Origin: a virus
DNA length: 64,000 nt
Strand: one strand, 5' to 3'
IMG/VR virus record: IMGVR_UViG_3300006175_000002
Span: 39,390 to 103,389 of that record
A model generated the notes under the pieces. The model was given only the letters and a program-made list of their open reading frames with translations, was not told the origin of the DNA and did not search any database. Both the position numbers and the translations under genes were made by a program. Below, in pieces: positions 41,285 to 51,027 of this stretch (its first letter is position 1; each line of letters opens with the position of its first letter).

Positions 41285-43362
41285 TCAACGCAGATCCAGG
41301 TGGCGTACTGCTCGGCCTTGGTTACCTTGCCTGCATCGCGGAGTTCGTTGATCCAGCGTGAGATCGTCGCGCGGCGGCGGGTCAGGCCGGCCGCCTGCGC
41401 CTTGAGGAAGATCGTTCCTGTTCGTACTCCTTCGGGTCCGGCGGCGCGGATCAGGTCCAGGACGAACGCGACGCCGGTCTGATCGGTGGCGTCGTCGTTG
41501 TCGACGGTGGTGGGCAGCGCGGCGAGTTGAGCGGCGGTGGTCCGCCACTCCTCCGGCAGGTCATCCTCCACCGGTTTCGCCGGCCGCGGCGCGGCGGTGG
41601 CTGGTGTGGCGGCTTCTCCTCGTAGCCGGGCCCGGATCCGGTCGGCGATGGTGGCGGCGTCGTTGAGGGTCAGCGCTGGTTCCGGTACCACGTACGGGGT
41701 GGCTTCGTCTTCGTCTGGTTCGACACCGGCCAGGGCCTGCAACCACGGCCGGGCCCGTTCCCACCGTTTCGCCATGACGTCTCCACCGATCCGCAGTGCT
41801 GCCGGGTCCATGTCGGGGCGCCGGTCCTGGGTGGCTACCGCGATCTGGATCATCTGTTCGGGGAGTAGTCGGAACCAGCGGAATTTGCGTGGCGGCAACC
41901 CGCGGCGGCGGATGAATCCCGTTGGGCTGATGTTCGGGTTCAGCGGGTCGGGGCCGTTGATGTCTGACACGCGGAGGCCCTTACTCCAGTCCATGACGTA
42001 CGCGATTTCGGAGTCGTCTTCAACCATGCCGACGATCTTCAACGCGGTGGCTTTACGCACGTCGGAGGGAATGTAGGTCGCGGTGCCCCGCTGCGTGGAG
42101 AAGATCACGTTGACGCATTCGGCGCGGCCGATCGCCTGCAAATGCTGCAACGCGGCCGCGGCTTGGCGGGCTGTTTTGGGCGCGGAGCCGCCGAACACTT
42201 CGCCGCCCTCGTCGACGATGACGAAGATCGCGGGGAGTTCCGCGGACACGGGCAGCACGTCCACGTTGCGGCTGACGCGTAGCCGCTGGTAGCGGGCCTT
42301 GCGGTCTTTCGCGATCGCGGTGAGGACTTCCGCGACGATGAGGGCCTCTTCGGCGTTGCGGGCCACCCAGTAGATCGGGGGCTTGGCGAGCTGACCGGTG
42401 GCGTAGGGCATCAGCCACGGCGCGGACATGCCGCCGCCGTTGAGGTCGACGTGGATAACGATCGACTCGGTGCAGCAGAGCAGCCGGGCGGTGAGAACGT
42501 TCAGGAGGACCGTTTTCCCGGCGCCGCGCATACCGGCGATCATCGCGGAGGACTGATACACCTCGACCATCGTCGGGTCACGGTCTGCGTAGGCGCCGAT
42601 TGGGAACTCTTTCGTCACCGACCGGGGTGAGTAGTCGGTGGGGAAGTCGATGACGGAGGTGTCGTTCACGGTCGCGACGTGCAGTACCGCCGCGCCCTGG
42701 TGGGCTCCGGGGGTGGCGGAGATGACGCATCCGTTGGGGAGACGTTTCGCGGCGGCGAGGTCAGTGGCCTTGTCCTGGAGGAGCCGGTAGGAGTGGGGGG
42801 AGCCGGGCGGGAACTCGACGGGAAGGTCGTAGCCGGCCCGGTTGGGCCAGTGGGTGATGGATTGGATGTGCACGCCAGGCGGTTCCTGGATGCCGCAGAT
42901 ACGGTTGATCAGCGTTTCCCATTGCTGCTCGTCGCGGCGTACCAACGGCAGTGGTGGTGTTGCCGGTGGGGTGGGTGGGGCGAACGCGGGGGCGGTGGCC
43001 ATGGCGTAGCCGGTCGCGACCAACGCGACGATGGTGGCCACGATGCCCCACCCGTGGCCGCTGATGACCCACCCGGCCCAAAGAGTGGCGCCGCCGATGT
43101 TGTAAAGCCAGAACCGAATCGTGGCCGGATAGGCGTGGCGGCGGCGGCCGAGTACGTACACCGCCGCCGCCGCGGGGCCGGCGAGGATGGCTGGCAGGAT
43201 AGGCAGCCATGGCAGCACCTGCGGGGAAGTCAGGTGCTGCCGGCGGATGACCGCGGCGGCGGCGACGGTGAGCAGGGCGGTCAGGAAGCACACCAACGGC
43301 CCGGCGACGGGGCCGTGCGTCGGGTCGGTGCGGGGTGCCGGTGGCGGCAGCGGCGGCTTCAC
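41269..43362 (-). CDS. FtsK/SpoIIIE-family TraB-like conjugal DNA translocase
   Basis: N-terminal TM helices, Walker A GMRGAGKT, Walker B IFVIVDE, GRA...STQR, C-terminal wHTH. Confidence 0.85.
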   Translation of the reverse strand: MKPPLPPPAPRTDPTHGPVAGPLVCFLTALLTVAAAAVIRRQHLTSPQVLPWLPILPAILAGPAAAAVYVLGRRRHAYPATIRFWLYNIGGATLWAGWVISGHGWGIVATIVALVATGYAMATAPAFAPPTPPATPPLPLVRRDEQQWETLINRICGIQEPPGVHIQSITHWPNRAGYDLPVEFPPGSPHSYRLLQDKATDLAAAKRLPNGCVISATPGAHQGAAVLHVATVNDTSVIDFPTDYSPRSVTKEFPIGAYADRDPTMVEVYQSSAMIAGMRGAGKTVLLNVLTARLLCCTESIVIHVDLNGGGMSAPWLMPYATGQLAKPPIYWVARNAEEALIVAEVLTAIAKDRKARYQRLRVSRNVDVLPVSAELPAIFVIVDEGGEVFGGSAPKTARQAAAALQHLQAIGRAECVNVIFSTQRGTATYIPSDVRKATALKIVGMVEDDSEIAYVMDWSKGLRVSDINGPDPLNPNISPTGFIRRRGLPPRKFRWFRLLPEQMIQIAVATQDRRPDMDPAALRIGGDVMAKRWERARPWLQALAGVEPDEDEATPYVVPEPALTLNDAATIADRIRARLRGEAATPATAAPRPAKPVEDDLPEEWRTTAAQLAALPTTVDNDDATDQTGVAFVLDLIRAAGPEGVRTGTIFLKAQAAGLTRRRATISRWINELRDAGKVTKAEQYATWICVDHATR

Positions 43363-43386
43363 TGGTTTGTGGCGCCCTTTCTGGGG

Positions 43387-44832
43387 TTATACGTGGTCCC
43401 GGTTGTTTTTCGAGTCTGCTTTCTCTTCCACGGCGGGGGACTTGCGTGGGTTCTCGGCGCGTTCCCGGTCGGCTTCGTGTTGCCGGTCAAACGTGGCGGG
43501 CAGCTCGCCGAGGATGGACTCAGCTTCACGCATGAATTTGGCGGCGGTGCGGATCGCGTCGGGGATCGCCGAATCGACGGGTTGTGTGTCTTCGGCGACG
43601 GCGGCGAGTTTCTCGTAGTGGGCGGCGACTTCCGCGACGGCGTCGTGGCCTGCGCGGAGGGAGTTACCGAACTCGAGCAGGGACATGTCTTCGACGGCGC
43701 CCGGGTCGGGCCGCGGGCTGGTGGTGGTCACGGAGTCTCCTGTTCTGCTGTCTCCTGTTCTGCTGTGGCGGGGCTCGGCGGGGCGGGGTGGTGGCGTAGG
43801 TGGGGTGGTGGTCGGGCGGGGCGCGGCTGGTGGTGGCTGCGGGGCGGGTGATGCGGTGGCCTTCGCGGGCTCGGCCGGGGCGGCGGTCTTGGTTGGCGGC
43901 GTCGGCGCGGCGCTGGTGGTGATGTTGCGGCGGCGCCAGTTACGCAGGTTGAACTTGCTCCTCCACGAGGTGGTACCCGACGGCGACGGGGAGGACTTGG
44001 TGTTCTTGGCCGCCTTGTCTGTAGTTGCGCTCTTTGCCCGCCGCCGGAAGGGGTTCAGGCGGGCGGCCAGCGCCGCCGCGGGTGACCTGCCGCCGCCGCG
44101 GTCCGCGGCCCCGCCACCGCTGCCGGCGGTCGAGGAACTCCGCTTGCGGAAGGGGTTGAGGCGACTCGCCGCCTTCGACCAGGGGCGCCCACCGCTGCTG
44201 CCGCCACCGGAGCTGCTGCCGCCAGGCGTTTTCGACCCGCCCCGGAACGGGTTCGTCCACTTCCGCCCCCCGCCGCCGCTGCCTGACCCGGTCGACGTTG
44301 ATCGCCGGCCCCAATTGAGCGGGTTGAACCGGCCCCCGCGCCGGGCGGGCGTACCCGACTGAGGTGCCCGGCCGCGGGTACCGCCGAGCACGCGAGGCAG
44401 CCGGGACCGAAGCCCACCCCCCGGGCGGGAGCCGACAGCCCCGCGTGCGCCGCCGAGGCGACCCGGACCGGTCCCCGACCGGCCGGGGCGTCGGAACAGT
44501 CCGCCGAAGCGACCGGTCCCCCGCGGTCCCCGACCCGGACCGCCCAGACCGGTCCCCCGCGTTCGACCAGACCGGCGACGTCGGCGGTAGACCAGACCGG
44601 TAACCACGGTCCCCCCGACCGCGGCGATCGTGACGCCACCCCACACCAGTCCGAGCCACGCGATCAGTCCGAGTACACCGGACGCGGCGAGCAGACCGAG
44701 GCAGACCCACATCAGACCGGACGGGGACTGTGGTGGTGTCGCAGCCGGGCCGGTCCGGGCGGCCGGGCGGGGCCCGACCGGCCGTGGGCGTGGCGGGGCC
44801 GGTGCTACGGGGCCGGCGGGGGGGAGGCTCAC
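43387..44832 (-). CDS. membrane-anchored Gly/Arg-rich protein (Spd/transfer accessory-like)
   Basis: AGGAGA SD; two TM helices, low-complexity linker with LNPFR repeats, helical C-terminus. Confidence 0.6.
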   Translation of the reverse strand: MSLPPAGPVAPAPPRPRPVGPRPAARTGPAATPPQSPSGLMWVCLGLLAASGVLGLIAWLGLVWGGVTIAAVGGTVVTGLVYRRRRRSGRTRGTGLGGPGRGPRGTGRFGGLFRRPGRSGTGPGRLGGARGAVGSRPGGGLRSRLPRVLGGTRGRAPQSGTPARRGGRFNPLNWGRRSTSTGSGSGGGGRKWTNPFRGGSKTPGGSSSGGGSSGGRPWSKAASRLNPFRKRSSSTAGSGGGAADRGGGRSPAAALAARLNPFRRRAKSATTDKAAKNTKSSPSPSGTTSWRSKFNLRNWRRRNITTSAAPTPPTKTAAPAEPAKATASPAPQPPPAAPRPTTTPPTPPPRPAEPRHSRTGDSRTGDSVTTTSPRPDPGAVEDMSLLEFGNSLRAGHDAVAEVAAHYEKLAAVAEDTQPVDSAIPDAIRTAAKFMREAESILGELPATFDRQHEADRERAENPRKSPAVEEKADSKNNRDHV

Positions 44833-44990
44833 ACCATCTCCTGTTCGTTACTGTCTGTAAGACTTGACTCTTTGCCCTTTGCCTCTGGCGGTGGGGGTAA
44901 TGGGGGTTTTGCCTCGGCTAGCGGCGCGTACGCCCCGTCCTTGGCGGGTGGGGGCACAGGGCACACAGCACAGGGCAACGTCACGCTGTG

Positions 44991-45440
44991 TCACCACTTT
45001 TCGGCGAGGATCGGATCCCACTGCTGCTCCACAGCGGCGCGGGGGAGAAGTTCCGGGCGTACCGACTGGACCAGCGGGGCGGCGGGTGCCGGACCAGGCG
45101 GTGCGGGATCCGGGTCGGGTCGGTCCCCCACTGTGGCGGGGGACCGGTCTGGGTCCGGACTGGCCGAACGAGGCGGACCGGGGACCGGGCGGGGCGGGGT
45201 CCGGATCGGACCGGTCCCCTTCCGGGTCGCGGACCGTTGCAGCAGACCACCGACGGCGGCGATGGTCCCCGCGATGACGAGGGCCCCGACGTACACCTTG
45301 GTCACCGACCCGCCGGACCCGCCCAGCGACGCCAGTCCGAACACGGTGATCACGGCGGCGATGGCCCAGGCGCAGCGGGCGCGGACATACAGTCGGCTGG
45401 CCCGGCCGTCGGGGTACGGCTCCCGGACGCTTCGAGGCAT
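44991..45440 (-). CDS. membrane protein (Spd-like)
   Basis: Two TM helices and a Pro-rich tail. Confidence 0.55.
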   Translation of the reverse strand: MPRSVREPYPDGRASRLYVRARCAWAIAAVITVFGLASLGGSGGSVTKVYVGALVIAGTIAAVGGLLQRSATRKGTGPIRTPPRPVPGPPRSASPDPDRSPATVGDRPDPDPAPPGPAPAAPLVQSVRPELLPRAAVEQQWDPILAEKW

Positions 45441-45455
45441 GGTGGGGTTCCCTTC

Positions 45456-46508
45456 TCAGGTGACGGGGCCGCGGTCGGATAGGGCCTCGATCAGTTCCCG
45501 GACGGCGCGTTGGGTGTCCCGGCCGCCGACGCCGGCGCACTCCTTGACTTCGGCGCAGGTGATCCGGTTGGGGCGCGACTTCCAGTCCGGGATGCGTTCC
45601 TGGACCGCGCTGATCCGGTCGGCGTGGCGTACCAGCGGATCCACGCGCTCACGCGGCGCGGTCGGGGCCTTGGCCTTGGTGGTGGTGGTGATGACCCGGC
45701 GGGTCGGCCGGGCCGGGGCGCCCTCGTCGACCAGGGCGGCGGGGCGGCGGATCCGGTCGGTGGTCAGTGACTGCGCCAACGCCCGACCGACGCCGGCGCT
45801 GTCGACTTCGGCGCGCATCGCGGCGACCATTTCGTCGAGGTCGTAGGTGGCCAGGGCGGCGGCGCGGCGGGACTCGGGCACGTTGTGGATGAGCAGGTCG
45901 GCGACCGCTTCCCGCAACGCGGCGTGCGCGTCGGCGCGGCGGGTCGCTTCTGCGGCGGCGGCGGCGGCGGTGTCCTTTTCGGTGACGACTGCGGCGAGGG
46001 AGTCGTACAGGTTGAGTCCGTCGCGGCGGGCGAGGAACCTCGCCCGGTACGTCACCTGGGGGTTGCAGAGCCATTGCATGATTCCGTAGGCGGGTGCGGT
46101 CGGGGGGAGTTTCCCGATGGCGCGGAGGTGGTCGCGGCGGGCGTCGCCGGATCGGATCAGGTACACCCCGTACCCGACCACGGAAAAACTGGTGAAGAAC
46201 ACGGCGAGGATCGGTTCGTGGGTGTGCCCGAACCAGTTGATGCCGGCGGCGACCATGGCCACTGCGGCGGATGTGATCCGCCACGCGTATGCGGATTCGC
46301 CGAGGCGGCGGCGGTGGTCGGCGTTCACGGCGAGCGCGACGCCGCCCAGTTCGAGGCAGAACACGGCGGGGGTTTTCGCGGCCCATCCCCACGGCAGCCA
46401 GTCGGCGGTGACGTTCCCGTACCCGGCGACGGTGACGACGACGAGGTAGAACACGTTCGTTGCCCACCACGCGGCTCGTTCGTTGTTCGGGAGGGGCAAT
46501 TGGGTCAT
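45456..46508 (-). CDS. four-TM SpdB/DUF2637-like spread protein
   Basis: Four TM helices, coiled region, C-terminal HTH-like end; lies between GntR and TraB. Confidence 0.6.
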   Translation of the reverse strand: MTQLPLPNNERAAWWATNVFYLVVVTVAGYGNVTADWLPWGWAAKTPAVFCLELGGVALAVNADHRRRLGESAYAWRITSAAVAMVAAGINWFGHTHEPILAVFFTSFSVVGYGVYLIRSGDARRDHLRAIGKLPPTAPAYGIMQWLCNPQVTYRARFLARRDGLNLYDSLAAVVTEKDTAAAAAAEATRRADAHAALREAVADLLIHNVPESRRAAALATYDLDEMVAAMRAEVDSAGVGRALAQSLTTDRIRRPAALVDEGAPARPTRRVITTTTKAKAPTAPRERVDPLVRHADRISAVQERIPDWKSRPNRITCAEVKECAGVGGRDTQRAVRELIEALSDRGPVT

Positions 46509-46574
46509 ACGGGGATGGTGCCAGATTTGCGTCAGCAATGCCAGCGTATGCTGACGCAAACCGGGCGGGAGGGT

Positions 46575-47345
46575 TTATGCCAGTGACTGGTGATATGCGA
46601 ACTTGACCAGGCCGGCGTCGGCGACGATCCGGAGCGCCTCGATCGGCTTGTCATTGTTGTCGTGGGTGACGCGCCACGCTTCTATCACGACCGACCCGGC
46701 CGGCCGGTCCAGAATGGTCAGCTCGGCGTCGGTACCGACGCGGGCGGCGACTTCCTCGGTGAACCAGGCCGGTTGGATACCGACGGTGGTCATGTACGCG
46801 TACACGCCGCCGAGGATGTCACCTGACCGGGCTAGGGCGGTGTCCTTGACCCGTTCGTAGGGCATGAACGCGCGCTGCAACTGGGCTGGGCCGACGCCGT
46901 CGATGGTGGGGTTGCGGTACCGGACGACGACTCTGGTGCCGGCGTCGACCTTGAGGAGTTCAGCGATGTGGGAGTCGGCGTGTTCGATGCGTACGTCGTG
47001 GACGCGGCCGTGGCCGGTGAGGTTGTGGGCGCGTAGCGCGGTTTCCCAGGGGCCGAGGGTGGCGTGCTCGCGGTGCGGGTCCATCGCGGCGAGCATGTGT
47101 CGGGCCACGGTGACCTGGACTCGCAGGGGTGCGGTGAAGATGCCGGTGCTGCGCCGTGACACGACGAGTCCTTCTCGTTTGAGGATGTCGAGGGCGCGGC
47201 CGATGGTGGTGCGGTTGACGTCGAAGCGGTCGCTGAGTGTGGCTTCGGTGCCGATGTGGGTGTTCGGGGGGAACAGGCCGGTGGTGAGTTCGGCGCGGAG
47301 TTCGCCGGCGATTTGCTGGTAGCGGGGGTGGTGCACGTTGCTCAT
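46575..47345 (-). CDS. GntR/HutC-family regulator with UTRA domain (KorA/TraR-like)
   Basis: PRYQQIAGELR..TEATLSDRFDVNRTTIGRAL..L..EGLV; UTRA-like C-terminus. Confidence 0.9.
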   Translation of the reverse strand: MSNVHHPRYQQIAGELRAELTTGLFPPNTHIGTEATLSDRFDVNRTTIGRALDILKREGLVVSRRSTGIFTAPLRVQVTVARHMLAAMDPHREHATLGPWETALRAHNLTGHGRVHDVRIEHADSHIAELLKVDAGTRVVVRYRNPTIDGVGPAQLQRAFMPYERVKDTALARSGDILGGVYAYMTTVGIQPAWFTEEVAARVGTDAELTILDRPAGSVVIEAWRVTHDNNDKPIEALRIVADAGLVKFAYHQSLA

Positions 47346-47467
47346 CGGGCCTCCCTAGTTGACGGTTGTCGATGACGATCGTACTGGGTTTTGTGTCCGC
47401 AAACCGATCTGGGGGTGTCCCATGCAGGGGACATTCCGGCCGTGGGGGTCGCGGCGGGGTTTTAGGG

Positions 47468-47496
47468 TTGCGGCGACGCAGTGATACCGCTAACGT
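47468..47496 (+). promoter_or_regulatory. putative promoter of the Y RNA-Ro60 operon
   Basis: TTGCGG-N17-TAACGT. Confidence 0.55.
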
Positions 47497-47516
47497 GGCC
47501 CTTGCGCAGTTCCCCC

Positions 47517-47591
47517 CCTCCCGGTGCGTAGTTTGCGGTTACTTCAAACTTCGGATTTGACCCGTACCGCAGGCGTCATGATCGCGGGAGG
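47517..47591 (+). ncRNA. Y-RNA-like RNA 1 (short, no tRNA-like module)
   Basis: Terminal stem CCTCCCG/CGGGAGG with CCCGGTGCGTAG...GATCGCGGG shared with the other two copies; upstream of Ro60. Confidence 0.65.
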
Positions 47592-47610
47592 TCACACAAC
47601 TGGATATGCA

Positions 47611-47757
47611 CCTTCCCGGTGCGCAGACGCGTGGTTACTTCATAGGGAACCGTCGGTTGCAGGTTCGACTCCTGCCGGCCCGCCCACATGTGGGCCGTAG
47701 CTCAATGGCAGAGCATCGGTACGAAAACGCCAAGCGTCGTTTCTGATCTCGGGAGGG
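47611..47757 (+). ncRNA. YrlA-like Y RNA 2 with permuted tRNA-like module
   Basis: Same terminal stem; T-arm GCAGG-TTCGACT-CCTGC, loop-closed acceptor stem, then D-arm TAGCTCAATGGCAGAGC. Confidence 0.8.
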
Positions 47758-47775
47758 GTAGACAATTGGATCGTG

Positions 47776-47918
47776 GGTGCCCGGTGCGTAGGGGTTCGAT
47801 ACTTCCATTGCTAAGGACGAGGTCGCAGGTTCGATCCCTGCCAGTCCCCGGGAAACCAGGGCTGTAGCTCAGCGGTAGAGCGCGTAAAGACTCGAACGCC
47901 GCCTAGATCTCGGGCATC
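47776..47918 (+). ncRNA. YrlA-like Y RNA 3 with permuted tRNA-like module
   Basis: Same terminal stem; GCAGG-TTCGATC-CCTGC then TAGCTCAGCGGTAGAGC. Confidence 0.8.
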
Positions 47919-47936
47919 TTTCACTCTCCACATTCG

Positions 47937-47967
47937 ACGCTCCTCCCCTAGCTGGAGGAGCGTTTTT
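47937..47967 (+). terminator. terminator-like hairpin that also sequesters the Ro60 SD
   Basis: ACGCTCCTCC-7nt-GGAGGAGCGT-TTTT immediately followed by the GTG start. Confidence 0.65.
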
Positions 47968-49602
47968 GTGTCGAGGTTCAACACTGTGGACAAGCGGGCG
48001 CCGCGGGAGCGGGCCACGTCGCCGATCACGACGGAGGCGACGGCGTCGGGTGTGACGCATGAGGGCGGGCCCGGGTTCGCGCGGAACGCCAAGTCGGAAC
48101 TGTTCTTGCTGGCCGTGTCCAATATGGTCGGTGAGGACACGTTCTACGAGAAGGCCGGCGACCGCGACGGCCGGTACGCGGAGCTGGTGCGCCAGGTGGC
48201 GGTGGCCGACCCGGTGTGGATGCTGGGGTTCCTGGGCTGGCTGCGTAGTGAGGGCAACATGCGGTCGGCGTCGCTGGTCGGCGCGGCGGAGGCGGTCCAC
48301 GCCCGGCTGGCGGTCAACCGGACCATTGAGGCGGGTGGCCACGTCACGGTGGTCGAGTCGGGGAACCGTCAGATGGTGGCTGCGGTGTTGCAGCGCGCGG
48401 ACGAGCCGGGCGAGTTCCTCGCCTACTGGCGGCAGACGTTCGGCAGGAACCTGCCGAAGCCGGTGAAGCGGGGCATCGCCGACGCGGTCCGTCGCCTCTA
48501 CAACGAGTACGCGCTGCTGAAGTACGACACCGCCTCGCACAGGTTCCGGTTCGGTGACGTGATCGACCTCGTCCACCCGTCGCCGTCGGCGCCGTGGCAG
48601 GGGGACCTGTTCCGGTACGCGCTGGACCGCCGCCACGGCCGCAACAACGAGGTGCCGGGGTTGCTGTCCATGGTGCGCCGGCAGGCCGAGTGGCGGGCCA
48701 ACGCTGACGCGTCGCCGCTGCCGGTGGAGGGACTGCTCGACCCGGAGCACATTCGCGGTGCTGGGCTCACGTGGGAGGACGTGCTGTCGCTGCTCGGGTC
48801 GAAGGTCGACAAGGCGCAGCTCTGGTCGGCGCTGATCCCGTCAATGGGGTACATGGCGCTGCTACGGAACCTGCGCAACTTCGACGAGGCCGGCGTGCCC
48901 GACGAGATCGCCGCTGAGGTGGCGGCGCGGCTCGCGGATCCGGAGCAGGTCGCGAAGTCGCGGCAGTTGCCGATGCGGTTCCTGTCGGCGTTCCGGTCGG
49001 TGCCGTCGCTGCGGTGGGGGCAGGCGCTCGAGGTCGCGTTGGGTCATTCGTTGGCCAACGTGCCCCCACTGCCCGGCCGCACGTTGGTCCTGGTCGACGT
49101 GTCCGGGTCGATGGACAACCGGATGTCGGGGAAGTCGGGTCTGTCGCGGGTCGACGCGGCGAAGGTGTTCGGTGCGGCGGTCGCGTTGCGGGCTGAGCAG
49201 CCGACGCTGGTGTGGTTCAACAACGCGTCGGGGCAGGTGCCGGTGCCGAAGGGAATGGCGTTGCTGCGCCTGGTGCAGGTGCTGCCGTCGGCGATGGGTG
49301 GCACAGCGACCGCGGCGGCGGTGCAGCGATGGTTCGACCGCCACGATCGGGTTGTGATCGTCACCGACGAGCAGGCCGGGAACCACTTCGGCGGATGGGG
49401 GTCGGGTCCGGTGGATGCGGCGGTGCCGGCGTCGACGCCGATCTACACGTGGAACCTCGCCGGGTACGAGCGGGGCCACTTGCCGTCAGGGTCGGGTGCG
49501 CGGCACACGTTCGGTGGGCTATCCGACGCGGCTTTTCGGATGATTCCGCTGCTCGAGGCGGGCCGGAACGCGGCGTGGCCGTGGCAGGCCGTCGCAAGTT
49601 AG
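47968..49602 (+). CDS. rsr: Ro60/Rsr (TROVE + vWA domain) RNA-binding protein
   Basis: THEGG.G, ELFLLAV, TFYE, TWE..LS, MGYMALLRNLRNF, vWA MIDAS LVDVSGSM, GGT, IVTDEQ. Confidence 0.93.
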   Translation: MSRFNTVDKRAPRERATSPITTEATASGVTHEGGPGFARNAKSELFLLAVSNMVGEDTFYEKAGDRDGRYAELVRQVAVADPVWMLGFLGWLRSEGNMRSASLVGAAEAVHARLAVNRTIEAGGHVTVVESGNRQMVAAVLQRADEPGEFLAYWRQTFGRNLPKPVKRGIADAVRRLYNEYALLKYDTASHRFRFGDVIDLVHPSPSAPWQGDLFRYALDRRHGRNNEVPGLLSMVRRQAEWRANADASPLPVEGLLDPEHIRGAGLTWEDVLSLLGSKVDKAQLWSALIPSMGYMALLRNLRNFDEAGVPDEIAAEVAARLADPEQVAKSRQLPMRFLSAFRSVPSLRWGQALEVALGHSLANVPPLPGRTLVLVDVSGSMDNRMSGKSGLSRVDAAKVFGAAVALRAEQPTLVWFNNASGQVPVPKGMALLRLVQVLPSAMGGTATAAAVQRWFDRHDRVVIVTDEQAGNHFGGWGSGPVDAAVPASTPIYTWNLAGYERGHLPSGSGARHTFGGLSDAAFRMIPLLEAGRNAAWPWQAVAS

Positions 49603-49720
49603 TTATGAGGCCGTCCTTACTGATTTTGAGGGTCGGCGAAGGATAGGGGCACCGGTGGGCCGCTAACCCGCCGGTGCCCCACTTCGTTTGCGCAGCGGGA
49701 CGTCGGGGTATGCGGATCAC

Positions 49721-49876
49721 ATGTTCGCTCTTCTCGCTTTGCTGTGTTTCGTGCTCGCGTTGTTCCACGCGCATGTCGGAACGCTGAACCTCGTCACGTT
49801 GGGGTTCGTGTTCCTCGCCGCCAGTCTGGTGTTCGCAGGCCCGCTCCTGCCGGCGTGGCCGCCTCGACGGCGGTAG
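49721..49876 (+). CDS. small membrane protein
   Basis: Two hydrophobic stretches, basic tail. Confidence 0.55.
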   Translation: MFALLALLCFVLALFHAHVGTLNLVTLGFVFLAASLVFAGPLLPAWPPRRR

Positions 49877-49994
49877 CCGATCGGGGCGCATCCGGGGGGA
49901 GGGGCGTTGGTCCCTCCCCTTTTGCTGTGTTCTAATTGCGGTATCGGTTCACGATGGGCTTTCCGCATGAGACAAGCCCAGCATTCTGGAGGAG

Positions 49995-50456
49995 ATGAAA
50001 CAAGTGGGTACGAAGACTGTTCTGTGTGACGACCTGGACCAGGAAAGCCCGGCCGATGAGACGGTGGAGTTCCGCGGCCCGGACGGGTTGCTGCGGGTGA
50101 TTGACCTGACCGCCGACCACGCGAAGCAGCTGCGTGACGCGCAGGACGAGTACGCGGCGGCGATGTCCGATTTCGTGAACGCGGGCCGGCTGGTCGATGT
50201 GAAGCCGACGGCGAAGCGTGCGCCGGCCGGAAGGGGCCGACCGGCCGGGAAGGGTGGTCGGGCGTCGGCGCGAGGGGACAGTGCGCAGAACGAGGCGATC
50301 CGGGAGTGGGCGCAGCGCAACGGGTACGACGTGGCGGCGCGGGGCCGGATTTCGCAGGAAATCCGTGACGCGTTCCAGGCGAACCAGCCGGCGCCGATGA
50401 CGACGGTGGAGGCCCCCGCTGTGCCGGGCGCCGCGGGGCGTCGCCGCAAGGGGTAA
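49995..50456 (+). CDS. lsr2: Lsr2 nucleoid-associated protein
   Basis: GGAGGAG SD; DDLD...ADETVEF...IDLT..HA..LR and AIREWAQRNGYDVAARGRIS. Confidence 0.93.
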   Translation: MKQVGTKTVLCDDLDQESPADETVEFRGPDGLLRVIDLTADHAKQLRDAQDEYAAAMSDFVNAGRLVDVKPTAKRAPAGRGRPAGKGGRASARGDSAQNEAIREWAQRNGYDVAARGRISQEIRDAFQANQPAPMTTVEAPAVPGAAGRRRKG

Positions 50457-51027
50457 ACTCAGCGTTGCCTTTCCGTCGAGAGGCCGGGCCGAAGCGGCCC
50501 CGGATACCGCCCCCTACAGGGGATGGTCCGGGGCCGCTTTCGTGCGCGCTTGGCCTGCTAGGGCAGGTTCCACCGGTTGACGGTGAACGGGTCGTTGCCG
50601 ACGGGTTTGCTGGGTCCGTTGCTGCCGGTGTTGGCGCCTCTACTCCTCATTGGGCGGATGGTACCGGATCGCAGAACACGCATCGCTGGGCGGGCATGCT
50701 GGTGGCACAAACAACGGCCCCCCACGCCTGACCGTGGGAGGCCGTTGCTGTGCGCTGGTCGGTGTCTCACCGCTTCCACATCCTGCCGGAGCCTATCCGG
50801 CCTCGCGCCTGCCCCGCTATCAGCGGCCGTTACGGGGCCACACCCAAAAAAAGAGTCTTGACCAGCCTATCTGTTATCACATGGGGACGAATTGGGGGGC
50901 GGTCCGGTGGGCCGTGGATCAGACCGGACCGCCGTCGCTGATCGTAGCAGCCACCCCCCAACCCGTGATGGAGCTGGGGAGCCGAACCGGACGGGTTGGG
51001 GGGTGGACTGTGCTTGGTGTGCTGGGG

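Noticed and set aside
47655-47885. Ordinary tRNA genes upstream of Ro60
   Set aside because: T-arm precedes D-arm, the acceptor stem is loop-closed and the module is nested in a shared terminal stem, which fits Y RNA mimics
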